The notes below the pieces were generated by a model, which ran no database searches, was not told the origin of the DNA, and was given only the letters and a program-made list of their open reading frames with translations. A DNA stretch of 60,733 bases, counting the filler. It is 5 parts of 5 records of this genome, joined end to end, with 100 filler letters (N's around TTAATTAATTAA, not from the genome) between each part and the next. Parts side by side here need not be neighbours in the genome. Positions count along the whole stretch, not along the records: positions 8,546 to 14,717 come from SRR2962707_2087; positions 14,818 to 28,414 come from SRR2962707_2089; 3 more parts are not named here. One strand, 5' to 3'. Position 1 is the stretch's first letter. Each line of letters begins with the position of its first letter. A program made the translations under genes and the position numbers. Shown here one piece after another: positions 8,546-19,287 of the stretch.

Positions 8546-9166
8546 CACATTCTCGAAATTGTAGAGCGGCTCGCCCATGCCCATCAGTACGATGTTGGTG
8601 ATGAGGCGGTCTTCGGAGTTCCGCCCGCCATCCGGCCATTCGCCGAGCGCGTCGCGTGCAATCAATATCTGGCCGACGATTTCGCCCGCGGTAAGATTTC
8701 GCACGAGCTTCTGCGTGCCCGTGTGACAGAAGGTGCAGGTGAGCGTGCAGCCGACTTGGCTTGAAACGCAGAGCGTGCCGCGCCCCTCTTCGGGAATATA
8801 GACCGTCTCGACTTCCGGCCCGGGAACGCCCGGCACGCTGGAGGGGAGCCGCAGCAGCCATTTCCGCGTGCCGTCCACCGACTTCTGCTCGGTCACAATT
8901 TCCAGCCGCGAAATATCGAACGCGGCCTCAAGCCCCTGACGCAGTTCCTTCGACAGCGTGGTCATGCCCTCGAAGCTCATCAGCCCGCGATTGTAGATGC
9001 CGTTCCAGACCTGGCCCGCGCGCATGCGAAGCTGCTTCTCCGGCAGGCCGAAATCCGCCAGCGCTTCCATGAGCAGCGGCCGCGTCAAGCCGACAAGGCT
9101 CGGCTTCGCGCGCGGCGCGGTCTGCGCGGCGTCTTTCTGTTCATGGGCAATGTCGAGCGTCGTCAT
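8546..9166 (-). CDS. rlmN: 23S rRNA (A2503)/tRNA methyltransferase RlmN, 3'-truncated
   Basis: [30 protein letters not shown] (radical SAM CxxxCxxC) and [10 protein letters not shown]. Confidence 0.95.
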
Positions 9167-9303
9167 GAGCGTCCGGCGAACCGTCTGGTTTTACGAAATG
9201 CAGTCGGCCGCGCTTGCCCCAAGGGCAGCGCGGTTCAACATGCGTCTCATATCACAAAGGGGGCAACCGGCGCCAATTCGGCCGGTTTCCAGGGTTCCAG
9301 GCC

Positions 9304-9867
9304 CTACTTGCAGGCGTCGCCGATCTTGGTCAGCGCTGCGGACGAGCCTTTCAGTGAATAGGTGTCGGTGGTCAGCGTGTCGCGCTCGGAAGTCCCCTTG
9401 ATTTCCATGGAGCTTCCGGCTTTCAGCGCCTGCACCATCTTGCCTTCTTCGGAGGGGTTCTCGAGCCAGGCCCAGAACTTGTGTTCGCCGCCTTCCTTCA
9501 CGCCGGAAAACATCTGGAACTTGTCGGTGTCGATGGTGGCGAAGGGGCGGCTCGTCGACTTGAAGGGATAGCCGACCCGCATACTCACTTCATTCTTGGT
9601 GTTGCGCGCCGGGCGGTGCGTCACCATGAAGTAGACGTCGCCGCGGCTCGCGCCCGACGGGGCCATCTTCGTCGGCGTCGTCATCGCATAGCACATGCGG
9701 TCATTGCCGGACCCGTAGGTATAGGCCGACCAGTCGTCGTATTTGCCAAGGAGCTTCGGCGCGTTCTGCGCGCTTGCCGCTCCGGCCATGGCCGCCACAC
9801 CGAAGGTGAGGGCGATGGCTGCGATTGCAAAAGTCAAAGTCGAGGAAAGAAACGAACGTCTCGGCAT
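9304..9867 (-). CDS. Invasion-associated locus B (IalB)-like exported protein
   Basis: Signal peptide, LGKYDDWSAY..CYA and GTSERDTLTTDTYSLKG; position upstream of rlmN is typical of Alphaproteobacteria. Confidence 0.75.
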   Translation of the reverse strand: MPRRSFLSSTLTFAIAAIALTFGVAAMAGAASAQNAPKLLGKYDDWSAYTYGSGNDRMCYAMTTPTKMAPSGASRGDVYFMVTHRPARNTKNEVSMRVGYPFKSTSRPFATIDTDKFQMFSGVKEGGEHKFWAWLENPSEEGKMVQALKAGSSMEIKGTSERDTLTTDTYSLKGSSAALTKIGDACK

Positions 9868-10170
9868 GATCTCCAACTCTTCTTCGAACGGGCAGTCCGA
9901 ACGATCCGGCCCCGGGATTCGCGCCTGACCTTAACGGCACAAGCTCCCGATTTCCAGACGCGGCCCCGAAAAGTCCCCCTCATCCGGCTGAGGGCACAGC
10001 CGGAAAAAGGGCAAGCTCCCCGATTCATGTGGCGGAACCATGGCAGGCCCGGCCCCCGGCCGGTCCTTCGCTCCGCCAATCTGGCGAATATCGGCCTCAT
10101 CGTGCTAAGGGAGATGCAGCGATATTTCAGAACCGCGGGCTACCCGCGCGAAGCAACAGGGGAGACGACC

Positions 10171-11175
10171 ATGAAAGCCGTTCTTTGCAAGGAGTATGGG
10201 CCGCCGGACAGCCTCGTCATCGAAGATGTGCCGAGCCCCGAACCCAAAAAGGGCGAAGTGCTGCTTGAGGTTCATGCGGCCGCCGTCAATTTCCCGGACG
10301 TCCTCATCATCGAGAATAAATACCAGTTCAAGCCGCCGCTGCCCTTCTCGCCGGGCGGCGAGGTGGCCGGCATCATCAGGAAGGTCGGCGAAGGCGTCAC
10401 CAAGGTGAAGGTCGGTGACCGGGTCATCGGCTCTTGCGGCTGGGGCGGCTTTGCGGAAGAAATCGCGCTGGACGAGGCGCGCGTGACACCGATCCCGGAC
10501 GAGATGGACTATGTGACGGCGTCGGCCTTCCTCATGACCTACGGCACCTCGCATCATGCGCTGAAGGACCGGGCGGCGATCAAGCCGGGCGAGAGCCTGC
10601 TGGTGCTCGGCGCTGCGGGCGGCGTCGGCCTCGCCGCCGTCGAGCTCGGCAAGGCGATGGGCGCGCGCGTCATTGCCGCTGCCTCGTCGGAAGACAAGCT
10701 CGCCGTCTGCAAGGAGCATGGCGCGGACGAAACGCTTCTCTATCCCACGGGCGCGCTCGACCGGGACCAGCAGAAGGCGCTGTCGGAACAGATCAAGGAA
10801 CTGACGGGCGGGCAGGGCGCCGATGTCGTCTATGACCCCGTCGGCGGCGATTATTCGGAAGCGGCGCTGCGCGCAACCAACTGGGAAGGGCGTTTCCTTG
10901 TGGTCGGCTTCGCGGCCGGTCCGATCCCGAAAATCCCGCTCAATCTCGCGCTCCTCAAGGGCTGCCAGATCGTCGGCGTGTTCTGGGGCGCCTTCACGGG
11001 CCGGGAGCCGAAGCGTCATCAGGAAAACCTGAAAGAACTGCTGGCCTGGTTCAAGGTGGGCAAGCTCAAGCCCCATGTCTCCAAGACCTACAAGTTCGAG
11101 GAAGCGGCGCAGGCGCTGAAAGACATGGCTGCCCGCAAGGTCAAGGGCAAGATCGTCATCGTTCCCTCGCGTTGA
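10171..11175 (+). CDS. NADPH:quinone oxidoreductase (MDR/zeta-crystallin family)
   Basis: MKAVLCKEYGPP, NFPDVLIIENKYQ, PFSPGGEVAG, GAAGGVG and GKIV. GGAG RBS before ATG 10171. Confidence 0.92.
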   Translation: MKAVLCKEYGPPDSLVIEDVPSPEPKKGEVLLEVHAAAVNFPDVLIIENKYQFKPPLPFSPGGEVAGIIRKVGEGVTKVKVGDRVIGSCGWGGFAEEIALDEARVTPIPDEMDYVTASAFLMTYGTSHHALKDRAAIKPGESLLVLGAAGGVGLAAVELGKAMGARVIAAASSEDKLAVCKEHGADETLLYPTGALDRDQQKALSEQIKELTGGQGADVVYDPVGGDYSEAALRATNWEGRFLVVGFAAGPIPKIPLNLALLKGCQIVGVFWGAFTGREPKRHQENLKELLAWFKVGKLKPHVSKTYKFEEAAQALKDMAARKVKGKIVIVPSR

Positions 11176-11214
11176 GTGGAGCGGGGCGGCACGATGAAAA
11201 GCGGGGGCGCATAA

Positions 11215-11937
11215 ATGAGACGGGGACTGGTGGCGCTCGGCGCACTGTTCGGCGCCGCCGTTCTCGCGCTCTTCGCCTTTCTCATCTATGTGCTGCTCGC
11301 GTCCGGCGACCCTAAATACTGGGAAGGCGAAATTGCCGCCTTCGAGCGGCGCGACGTGTCGAACCCGCCGCCCGACGATGCAGTTCTCTTCGTCGGCGGG
11401 CGCGACGTCCGGCTCTGGGAGACGCTGGCGGAGGACATGGCGCCCGTCGCCATCGTCCAGCGCGGCTTCGGTGGCGCGCAGATCCCCCACATCAATCATT
11501 ACCGCGCGCGCATCATCCTGCCCTACGATCCGCGCGCTATCGTCGTCATGGCGGGCGAGGCGGACCTTTCCGACGTACACGGAAGAAGGCCGGAAGACCT
11601 GCTCGACGATTTCCGTACGCTCGTTCTCTCGCTTCGCGCGGAGGGCGAGGACGCGCCGGTTTATTTCGTATCGATCCGCCCCTCGCCCGCGCGCGAGGAG
11701 CGCTGGTACGGCGCGCAGCGCGCCAATGCGCTGATCGCGGATTATGTAAGCCACGAGAAGGCGATGTATTTCCTCGATGTCACGCCCGTCATGCTCGACA
11801 AGGAGGGCGCGATCCGCGGCGACCTTTATCGCTGGGACGGGCTCACACTGAACGAAAAGGGCTATGCGGCGCTCGCCGAAGCGATCAAGCCCGTGCTCAT
11901 CAAAGCAGGATATGGCGGGCTCCGGTCCAGCCGCTGA
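11215..11937 (+). CDS. SGNH/GDSL-fold membrane-anchored protein with degenerate catalytic residues
   Basis: N-terminal TM, then WEGEIAAFE, LFVGGRDVRLW, RGFGG, AGEADL and DGLTLNEKGY, matching GDSL blocks. Confidence 0.75.
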   Translation: MRRGLVALGALFGAAVLALFAFLIYVLLASGDPKYWEGEIAAFERRDVSNPPPDDAVLFVGGRDVRLWETLAEDMAPVAIVQRGFGGAQIPHINHYRARIILPYDPRAIVVMAGEADLSDVHGRRPEDLLDDFRTLVLSLRAEGEDAPVYFVSIRPSPAREERWYGAQRANALIADYVSHEKAMYFLDVTPVMLDKEGAIRGDLYRWDGLTLNEKGYAALAEAIKPVLIKAGYGGLRSSR

Positions 11938-11989
11938 AGAATTGAAACGATAAAAACAGAACACGAAAAAATACGGGGAGAGAGACGGG

Positions 11990-13213
11990 ATGGAAAACTT
12001 TTCCAGAGAGACGAAGGCGGGGAAGCTCGAGGGCACATTCGATCCGAAGTTCAAGCCGGTGGTCGATGCCATTGTCGAGAATTTCGAAAAGCATGATGAA
12101 GTCGGCGCCAACACCACGATCACGCTCGAAGGCAAGACCGTTCTCGATATCTGGGGCGGGAAGAAAGCGCGCGGCGGCGACCCGTGGGAGAAGGACACCG
12201 TCTCCATTGTCTTTTCCTGCACCAAGGGCGCGACGTCGCTCTGCGCCCACATGCTCGCCGATCGCGGCAAGCTCGATCTCGATGCCAAGGTCGCCGACTA
12301 CTGGCCGGAATACGCGAAGAACGGCAAGGAAGACACGCTCGTCTCCATGATGCTCGATCACTCGGCCGGCCTGCCGCATATCCGCGCGAAGGTGAAGGAT
12401 AACGGCTATTGCGACTACGACTACATGGTGAAGCTCCTCGAAGAGGAAGAGCCGTTCTGGAAGCCGGGTGCGCGCAACGGCTATCACGGGGTGACGCTCG
12501 CATGGACGGTCGGCGAACTGGTGCATCGCGCGTCCGGCAAGCGCATGGGCAAGTTCTTTGCCGATGAAGTCGCAAAGCCCCTCGGTCTCGATTTCTGGGT
12601 CGGTACGCCGGAAGAGGTCGAGCCGCGTATCGCGGATATGATATTCGCAGAGCCCGATCCCGCTGCCGCCAATTCGAAATTCACGCAGGCGCTCATCAAC
12701 GATCCGGCAAGCCCGGCGCATCTCTTTCTGCTGAACAACGGGGGCACGAATTTCAACGCGCGCGGTACGCATGCCGCCGAGATCGGTTCGGCAAACGGCA
12801 TCACCAACGGGCGCGGCCTTGCGGGCATGTATGCGCCGCTGGCGAATGGCGGCGGGAAGCTCGTCGGCAAGGACACGCTTGCGCGCATGGGCCGCGTCGC
12901 GATGGCGACGCATGAAGACGCGACACTCCTCATCCCCTCGCGCTTCGCACTTGGCTACATGAAGTCGATGGACAATCGCGTGCTGAAGGACGAGCCGAAC
13001 TCAAGCTGCATCATGGGCGATGCCGCCTTTGGCCATGTCGGCATGGGCGGTTCGCTCGGTTTCGCCGATCCCGAGGCCCGCATGAGCTTCGGCTACAACA
13101 TGAACCGCATGGGCGCCGGCATCCTGCTCAACAATCGCGGGCAGGCACTGGTCGACGCCGCCTACACCTCGCTCGGCTACCGCTCCAATGCGAGCGGTGT
13201 GTGGGCGATGTAA
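11990..13213 (+). CDS. Serine hydrolase (beta-lactamase-like family VIII esterase)
   Basis: FSCTK (SxxK), LDHSAGL, GYHG and FGHVGMGGSLGFADP. Confidence 0.9.
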   Translation: MENFSRETKAGKLEGTFDPKFKPVVDAIVENFEKHDEVGANTTITLEGKTVLDIWGGKKARGGDPWEKDTVSIVFSCTKGATSLCAHMLADRGKLDLDAKVADYWPEYAKNGKEDTLVSMMLDHSAGLPHIRAKVKDNGYCDYDYMVKLLEEEEPFWKPGARNGYHGVTLAWTVGELVHRASGKRMGKFFADEVAKPLGLDFWVGTPEEVEPRIADMIFAEPDPAAANSKFTQALINDPASPAHLFLLNNGGTNFNARGTHAAEIGSANGITNGRGLAGMYAPLANGGGKLVGKDTLARMGRVAMATHEDATLLIPSRFALGYMKSMDNRVLKDEPNSSCIMGDAAFGHVGMGGSLGFADPEARMSFGYNMNRMGAGILLNNRGQALVDAAYTSLGYRSNASGVWAM

Positions 13214-13630
13214 CTATTTCTTGTCTTCTTCGGGCGGAAGGCCGAGCGCCTTCCGCGCCGCCTTGCGGTGACGCGGCTTCATGTAGCTCGACACGAGGCC
13301 GATGGCGGCCATCAGCACGGTCGCGTCGTCGGTGAAGCCGAAGGCCGCCACGATGTCGGGGATGAAATCCACCGGCATCACGAAGTAGGCAAGTGCGGCC
13401 AGCAGCGTTGCGCGCACGCGCATCGGCGTTTCGGGGTCGCGCGCGCAATACCAGGCGGCCGCCGCTTCCTCGGCGAAGGGAATCTTCCCCGCGACGCGCA
13501 CCATCTTCTTCCAGAAGCCGTCATCGACGGTCTTCTCGTTCCGCGCCATCACGGCGGGGAGCTGGTGCTTCGGGTCGAGAAGATCGCTTTCCGCGTGCTC
13601 CGCGCCCGGATTTCCCCTTGAAGAGGACAT
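13214..13630 (-). CDS. YkvA/DUF1232 family protein
   Basis: AWYCARDPETP...ALAYFVMPVDFIPD...GFTDD. Confidence 0.85.
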   Translation of the reverse strand: MSSSRGNPGAEHAESDLLDPKHQLPAVMARNEKTVDDGFWKKMVRVAGKIPFAEEAAAAWYCARDPETPMRVRATLLAALAYFVMPVDFIPDIVAAFGFTDDATVLMAAIGLVSSYMKPRHRKAARKALGLPPEEDKK

Positions 13631-13881
13631 GAAATTCGCTCCGTCCAGTGCCGCCCCGGCCCAATGCGGTTTCCCGAGCAAGATGGGGCGGAAGCACCCG
13701 CCTTGCAAGCCAAGTGGACGTTGCGTCAATGACCGCCCTCGGCGAATGCCGTGTTTCAAGGCTATTTTTGGCTCGCTCTTTGGTCCCTGAATTTGTTAAA
13801 TCGGCGCCAATCGGGCGCGGTTCCCACGCCCGCATACAGGGAAACGCGGGGCCTCCCGGCCCGCAGAGAAGGAATGAACCC

Positions 13882-14664
13882 ATGAAACTCGACAGCAGCA
13901 TCAGCGCCATCATCACCGGCGGCGCTTCGGGCCTCGGCGCGGCGACCGCGCGCCGTCTCGCCAGCGAAGGCGTGAAGATCGGCATCTTCGACCTGCAGGA
14001 AGACAAGGGCGAGGCGCTGGCGAAGGAACTCGGCGGCGTGTTCGCGAAAGTGAACGTGACCGACGAGGCGAGCGTCGACGCGGGCTTCGAGAAGGTCCGC
14101 GCCGCCATCGGCCAGGAGCGCATCCTCGTCAATTGCGCGGGCACCGGCAATGCGGTCAAGACGGCCTCGCGCGACAAGGAGACGGGCAAGCCCCAGCACT
14201 TCCCGCTCGACAAGTTCAACCTCATCATCCAGATCAATCTCGTCGGCACGTTCCGCTGCATCGCGAAGTCGGCAGCGGGCATGCTCACCCTCGATCCGCT
14301 CGAGGGCGGCGATCGTGGCGCCATCGTCAACACCGGCTCCGTCGCCGCGCAGGACGGCCAGATCGGCCAGGCGGCCTATTCGGCTTCCAAGGCAGGTGTC
14401 GTCGGTATGACGCTCCCGATCGCGCGCGACCTCAGCCGCGACGGCATCCGCGTCAACACGATCCTGCCGGGTATCTTTGACACGCCGCTGCTCGCGGGCG
14501 CGCCGGAAAAGGTGCGTCAGGCGCTTGGCGCCCAGGTCCCGTTCCCGGCCCGTCTCGGCAACCCGGACGAATACGCCTCGCTCGCGGCCGAGATGATCAA
14601 GAACGGCTACTTCAACGGCGAAACCGTCCGCCTCGACGGTGCCATCCGCATGGCGCCGCGCTAA
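13882..14664 (+). CDS. SDR oxidoreductase (3-hydroxyacyl-CoA dehydrogenase type II-like)
   Basis: TGGASGLG, NCAG, GQIGQAAYSASK and RLDGAIRM. Confidence 0.92.
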   Translation: MKLDSSISAIITGGASGLGAATARRLASEGVKIGIFDLQEDKGEALAKELGGVFAKVNVTDEASVDAGFEKVRAAIGQERILVNCAGTGNAVKTASRDKETGKPQHFPLDKFNLIIQINLVGTFRCIAKSAAGMLTLDPLEGGDRGAIVNTGSVAAQDGQIGQAAYSASKAGVVGMTLPIARDLSRDGIRVNTILPGIFDTPLLAGAPEKVRQALGAQVPFPARLGNPDEYASLAAEMIKNGYFNGETVRLDGAIRMAPR

Positions 14665-14688
14665 GCATTTTCCAATTATTGGAAACCG

Positions 14689-14717
14689 AAAGCCCCGGTG
14701 GAAACACCGGGGCTTTT
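14689..14717 (+). terminator. Rho-independent terminator
   Basis: AAAGCCCCGGTG-GAAA-CACCGGGGCTTT followed by T, directly after the SDR stop. Confidence 0.85.
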
Positions 14718-14817
14718 NNNNNNNNNNNNNNNNNNNNNNNNNNNNNNNNNNNNNNNNNNNNTTAATTAATTAANNNNNNNNNNNNNNNNNNNNNNNNNNN
14801 NNNNNNNNNNNNNNNNN
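14718..14817. other. Artificial contig spacer
   Basis: N44-TTAATTAATTAA-N44. Confidence 0.98.
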
Positions 14818-16570
14818 GCCCGAAATCATGGTCGGCATTTTCCCCGGCGCGGGCGGTACAACCCGTCTGACACGCAAGCTGGGCGCGATGGGGGCCTCGC
14901 CGTTCCTGCTTGAGGGCAAAATGGTTGCCCCTGCTGCCGCGAAATCAGCGGGCCTGATCGACGAGGTAGTCGCCGATCCGGTCGCCGCCGCGAAAGAATG
15001 GGTTTTGAACGCCAAGGACGCGGACATTCTGAAACCTTGGGATGCCAAGGGCTATAAGATGCCCGGCGGCACGCCTTACCACCCTGCCGGTTTCATGACC
15101 TTTGTTGGTGCCAATGCGATGGTCAACGGCAAGACTCAAGGCGCGTTCCCGGCAGCCAAGGCACTGTTGAGTGCGGTCTATGAAGGTGCCTTGGTCCCGT
15201 TTGATACAGCACTAAAAATCGAAGCACGCTGGTTCACCAACATCCTGCTGAACCCGTCGTCGTCGGCCATGATCCAGTCGCTGTTCCTGAACAAGGAAGC
15301 CTTGGAAAAAGGCGCTGTGCGTCCCGAAGGTGTGCCAGACCAGCGCGTCAAAAAGCTGGGCGTTTTGGGTGCAGGCATGATGGGTGCAGGCATCACGCTT
15401 GTGTCCGTTCAGGCCGGTATCGAAGTCGTGCTGATCGACCAGACCCAAGAGGCCGCAGACAAGGGCAAAGCCTATTCCGCGAGCTTCTTTGACAAGGGCA
15501 TTGCACGTCGCAAATCCACCGAAGAGAAAAAGCAGGCCGCACTTGACCTGATCACCGCGACCACCGATCTGGACGCGTTGAAAGGCTGCGATCTGATCAT
15601 CGAAGCGGTGTTCGAAGACCCAGCCGTCAAGGCCGAGATGACCAAAAAGGTCGAAGCCGTGATCCCCGAGGATTGCATTTTCGCCTCCAACACCTCGACC
15701 CTGCCGATCACCGAGCTGGCAAAAGCATCGTCACGCGCGGATCAGTTCATCGGCATCCACTTCTTTTCGCCCGTTGAAAAGATGCTGCTGGTCGAGATCA
15801 TCAAAGGCAAGGAAACCGGTGACCGTGCAGTCGCGAAATCGCTCGATTACGTGCGCCAGATCCGCAAGACGCCTATCGTGGTGAACGACGCGCGGTTCTT
15901 CTATGCCAACCGCTGCATCATCCCTTATGCCAACGAAGGCGCACGGATGATCACCGAAGGCGTTGCACCGCAACTGGTGGATCACGCGGCGCAATTGCTG
16001 GGCTTCCCCGTTGGGCCTGTGCAACTGACCGACGAGACATCCATTGATCTTGGCGCCAAGATTGCCCGCGCGACCAAGGCTGCGATGGGCAATGCCTATC
16101 CTGCGTCCCAAGCCGACGATCTGATTTTCTGGATGGAAGATCTGGGCCGTCTGGGTCGCAAAGCCAACGCAGGCTTTTTTGACTATGATGAAAAAGGCAA
16201 GCGTCAGGGTTATTGGAAGGGCATGCACGACAAGTTCCCGCTGGCCGAAACCCAGCCCGATCTGCGCGATGTGCAGGACCGTCTGATGTTCTCGCAGGTG
16301 CTTGAAGCCGTACGTGCACTGGAAGAAGGCGTGTTGGAAGACATCCGCGAAGGCGATGTTGGCGCGATCCTTGGCTGGGGCTTTGCGCCTTGGTCCGGTG
16401 GCCCGTTCAGCTGGCTTGATATCATCGGCGCACCCTATGCCGCTGAACGCTGTGACCAGTTGCAAGCCAAGTTTGGTGATCGTTTCGAATGCCCTGCCCT
16501 GCTGCGTGAAATGGCAGACAAAGGTCAGACGTTCTATGGCCGTTTCGGGCCGGATGCCAGAGCCGCCTGA
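14818..16570 (+). CDS. fadJ: Fatty-acid oxidation complex alpha subunit (enoyl-CoA hydratase/3-hydroxyacyl-CoA dehydrogenase), 5'-truncated
   Basis: PEIMVGIFPGAGGTTRL, GAGMMGAG, IIEAVFE, ASNTSTLPI and HFFSPV. Confidence 0.88.
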
Positions 16571-16594
16571 TCAGGTGCCACATCTAAAACACAA

Positions 16595-16620
16595 ACGGCC
16601 AGCAGGTGACTGCTGGCCGT
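16595..16620. terminator. Hairpin terminator between convergent genes
   Basis: ACGGCCAGCAG-GTGA-CTGCTGGCCGT perfect stem. Confidence 0.7.
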
Positions 16621-16654
16621 ATTTGTATCTATCGCAATGGTCCGCTGGCTACGG

Positions 16655-17311
16655 CTAATCCGCATCCTCGAAGCGGTAGCCAAACCGCGCAATATCGGCG
16701 GCACAAACCCGCGTCACGATCTGCACAAGCTCATCCGTGTAATAGCTTTGATAGGCGGCATCACGGTCAGAGACGTTTTCATTTGGCAGCGTCAGCGTGA
16801 ACCCCAGATGATCAAACAGGGGCTGGGCGTCTTGCGCGAAATGCTCAAGCCGGACGAACAGATTACCCTGTTCCGCCCCCGCGCCGTCTTGCAGATAGCT
16901 GCCATAGGGTGCCTTTTGCAGGCTGGCTTGTAACGCTGGCGTTTCTAGGAATGCGGCGAAACTGGTTTGTTGCGCAAGCCGGACCATGGGGTGATCAAAG
17001 GACTGCGCCCGCAGCCAGTGATAATAGCTCACGATCCGGTCCCACGGGTTGCGCACCAAGGTGAAACAAAACATCTGGGCAATCTCGTCGCGCGTCACCA
17101 CGCCTTCGATATCGGCCAGCGTCGAATGCTTCCAAAGCCGCCCCGCCGCCTGCACGTCCTTCATACGTTTGCGGCGCTTGAGCGCTTTGGGCGTGTCACC
17201 CAGCATGATGTCATCCTTCATGGCGCGCCCTTCCAGCGCCAGCGCCAGCGACGTTCCCCCGGTCTTGGGGCTATGCACAAAGATGTAATTGCGGCCACGG
17301 CTGATGATCAT
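16655..17311 (-). CDS. Sulfotransferase family 2 domain protein
   Basis: FVHSPKTGGTS (5'-PSB loop) and FTLVRNPWDRIVSYY (3'-PB motif). Confidence 0.85.
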   Translation of the reverse strand: MIISRGRNYIFVHSPKTGGTSLALALEGRAMKDDIMLGDTPKALKRRKRMKDVQAAGRLWKHSTLADIEGVVTRDEIAQMFCFTLVRNPWDRIVSYYHWLRAQSFDHPMVRLAQQTSFAAFLETPALQASLQKAPYGSYLQDGAGAEQGNLFVRLEHFAQDAQPLFDHLGFTLTLPNENVSDRDAAYQSYYTDELVQIVTRVCAADIARFGYRFEDAD

Positions 17312-17446
17312 CGCACGCACCCTTGCGCGCCTGTCGCGGCACGCTGTGCAAAATCATCCTGTGGTTCGCCATGTTTCATACTTTTAACTTCACGCAACTG
17401 GCGCAATACTCAAGCAGAAAAACCGCGCAAGGCCAAAGGATACATC

Positions 17447-19069
17447 ATGGGTTGGATGACAAACGAAGACGGATTGGAAAAGTGCCGCGCCAACTATGTG
17501 CCGCTTAGCCCGCTGTCGCACCTGCAACGCGCGGCCCATGTGTTTCCCGATGTTCTGGCCGTTTCTTATGGCCCGCACCGCACGACCTATGCCCAATATC
17601 ATGCGCGATGCAGCCGCTTGGCATCGGCGCTGGCGGATATGGGCGTGATGCCAGGCGACGTGGTATCAACCATTTTGCCCAATATCCCCGCCCAAGCCGA
17701 GGCACATTTCGGCGTGCCCGCATGTGGTGCCGTGTTGAACACCATTAACACCCGTTTGGACGTCGATACCGTCGCCTATATCCTTGATCATGGCGAAGCC
17801 AAGGTCGCGCTGGTCGATACCCAGTTCGTTGAGCTGGCAGAAGCCGCCTGTGCCACGCTGGACACCCCGCCGACCCTGATCGAAGTTCCCGATGCGCAAG
17901 CTGGGTTCCCGGCAACCGGACGCTACCCGACCTATGATGATCTGCTGGCCAAGGGTGATCCAGCCTATGCGTGGGTTATGCCCCAAGACGAATGGGAAAG
18001 CCTTGCCTTGAACTATACGTCCGGCACCACGGGCCGGCCCAAGGGCGTCGTTTACCATCACCGCGGTGCCTATCTGATGACCATGGGCACCGTTGTCAGC
18101 TGGCGTATGGTGATGCGCCCGGTCTTTATGCAGATCGTGCCGCTGTTTCATTGCAACGGCTGGAACCATGCGTGGATGATGCCCCTGCTGGGCGGCACCT
18201 TGGTCTGCTGCCGCGACATCACTGCCAGCGCCATCTACAATGCCATTGCCGACGAAGGCGTGACCCATTTCGGCGGTGCGCCGATTGTGTTGAACATGAT
18301 GGTCAACGCGCCCGACGCTGAACGCCGCGCCTTTGACCACGTTGTCGAAGTCTTTACCGCAGGCGCGCCGCCCGCCCCCGCGACCCTGTCCAAGATCGAG
18401 GCATTGGGGTTCAACGTCACCCAGGTTTACGGCCTGACCGAAACCTATGGCCATGTCACCGAATGCCTATGGAGCGCTGACTGGGACGCGTTGCAAGGCG
18501 AAGATCGCGCCGCCGTAAAGGCCCGCCAAGGTGTGCCAATGCCGATGATGGAAGACATCACCGTATTGAACCCCGACATGACCCAAGTCACCAAGGACGG
18601 GGCCACCCAAGGCGAGATCATGATCCGCGGGAATTCGGTGATGAAAGGGTATTTCAAAAATCCCGAAGCCACAAAAGAAGCGTTTGAAGGGGGGTATTTC
18701 CATTCGGGCGATTTGGCCGTGCAGCATCCGAACGGCTATATGCAGATTGCCGACCGCGCCAAGGATATCATCATCTCGGGCGGTGAAAACATCTCCTCGG
18801 TCGAGATCGAAGGTGTGCTGATGGGGCACCCGGATGTGAACCTTGCCGCTGTTGTCGCCAAGCCCGATGATAAATGGGGCGAGGTGCCTTGCGCCTTTGT
18901 GGAACTGAAACCCGGTCAGATAGGGGACGAAGTCGCGATGATCGCCTTTGCCCGCGAAACCTTGGCCGGTTTCAAAACCCCCAAAAAGGTCGTGTTCCAA
19001 GAACTGCCAAAGACATCCACCGGCAAAATCCAGAAATTCGAACTGCGCAAGAAAGCTGCCACGCTTTAG
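17447..19069 (+). CDS. Acyl-CoA synthetase (AMP-binding)
   Basis: YTSGTTGRPKG, YGLTETYG, FHSGD, IISGGENI and KTSTGKIQK. AAGGA RBS before ATG 17447. Confidence 0.93.
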   Translation: MGWMTNEDGLEKCRANYVPLSPLSHLQRAAHVFPDVLAVSYGPHRTTYAQYHARCSRLASALADMGVMPGDVVSTILPNIPAQAEAHFGVPACGAVLNTINTRLDVDTVAYILDHGEAKVALVDTQFVELAEAACATLDTPPTLIEVPDAQAGFPATGRYPTYDDLLAKGDPAYAWVMPQDEWESLALNYTSGTTGRPKGVVYHHRGAYLMTMGTVVSWRMVMRPVFMQIVPLFHCNGWNHAWMMPLLGGTLVCCRDITASAIYNAIADEGVTHFGGAPIVLNMMVNAPDAERRAFDHVVEVFTAGAPPAPATLSKIEALGFNVTQVYGLTETYGHVTECLWSADWDALQGEDRAAVKARQGVPMPMMEDITVLNPDMTQVTKDGATQGEIMIRGNSVMKGYFKNPEATKEAFEGGYFHSGDLAVQHPNGYMQIADRAKDIIISGGENISSVEIEGVLMGHPDVNLAAVVAKPDDKWGEVPCAFVELKPGQIGDEVAMIAFARETLAGFKTPKKVVFQELPKTSTGKIQKFELRKKAATL

Positions 19070-19287
19070 CGTCTGATCACCCCACCAAAAATACGCTGCT
19101 CGGCGGGCCACAAGCGCCCACCGTTCCCGTAGGCGTGCGTACCCTCGTATGGCTTTCAGCAAATTCCTTGGAACAAACGTCGACTGCGCTGGTTATCTCC
19201 CCGTGACGAAGGGCGCTAGCGGACGACAGTTCACTGCCTGATAATTCAGTAACAGACACTTTTAACGAGTGACAGAAAGCGAACAAG

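Noticed and set aside
10105-12288. 727-aa minus-strand ORF
   Set aside because: Shadow across three well-supported plus-strand genes.
19085-19150. GC-rich intergenic stretch resembling another roseobacter repeat
   Set aside because: Only one copy here and no clear structure.
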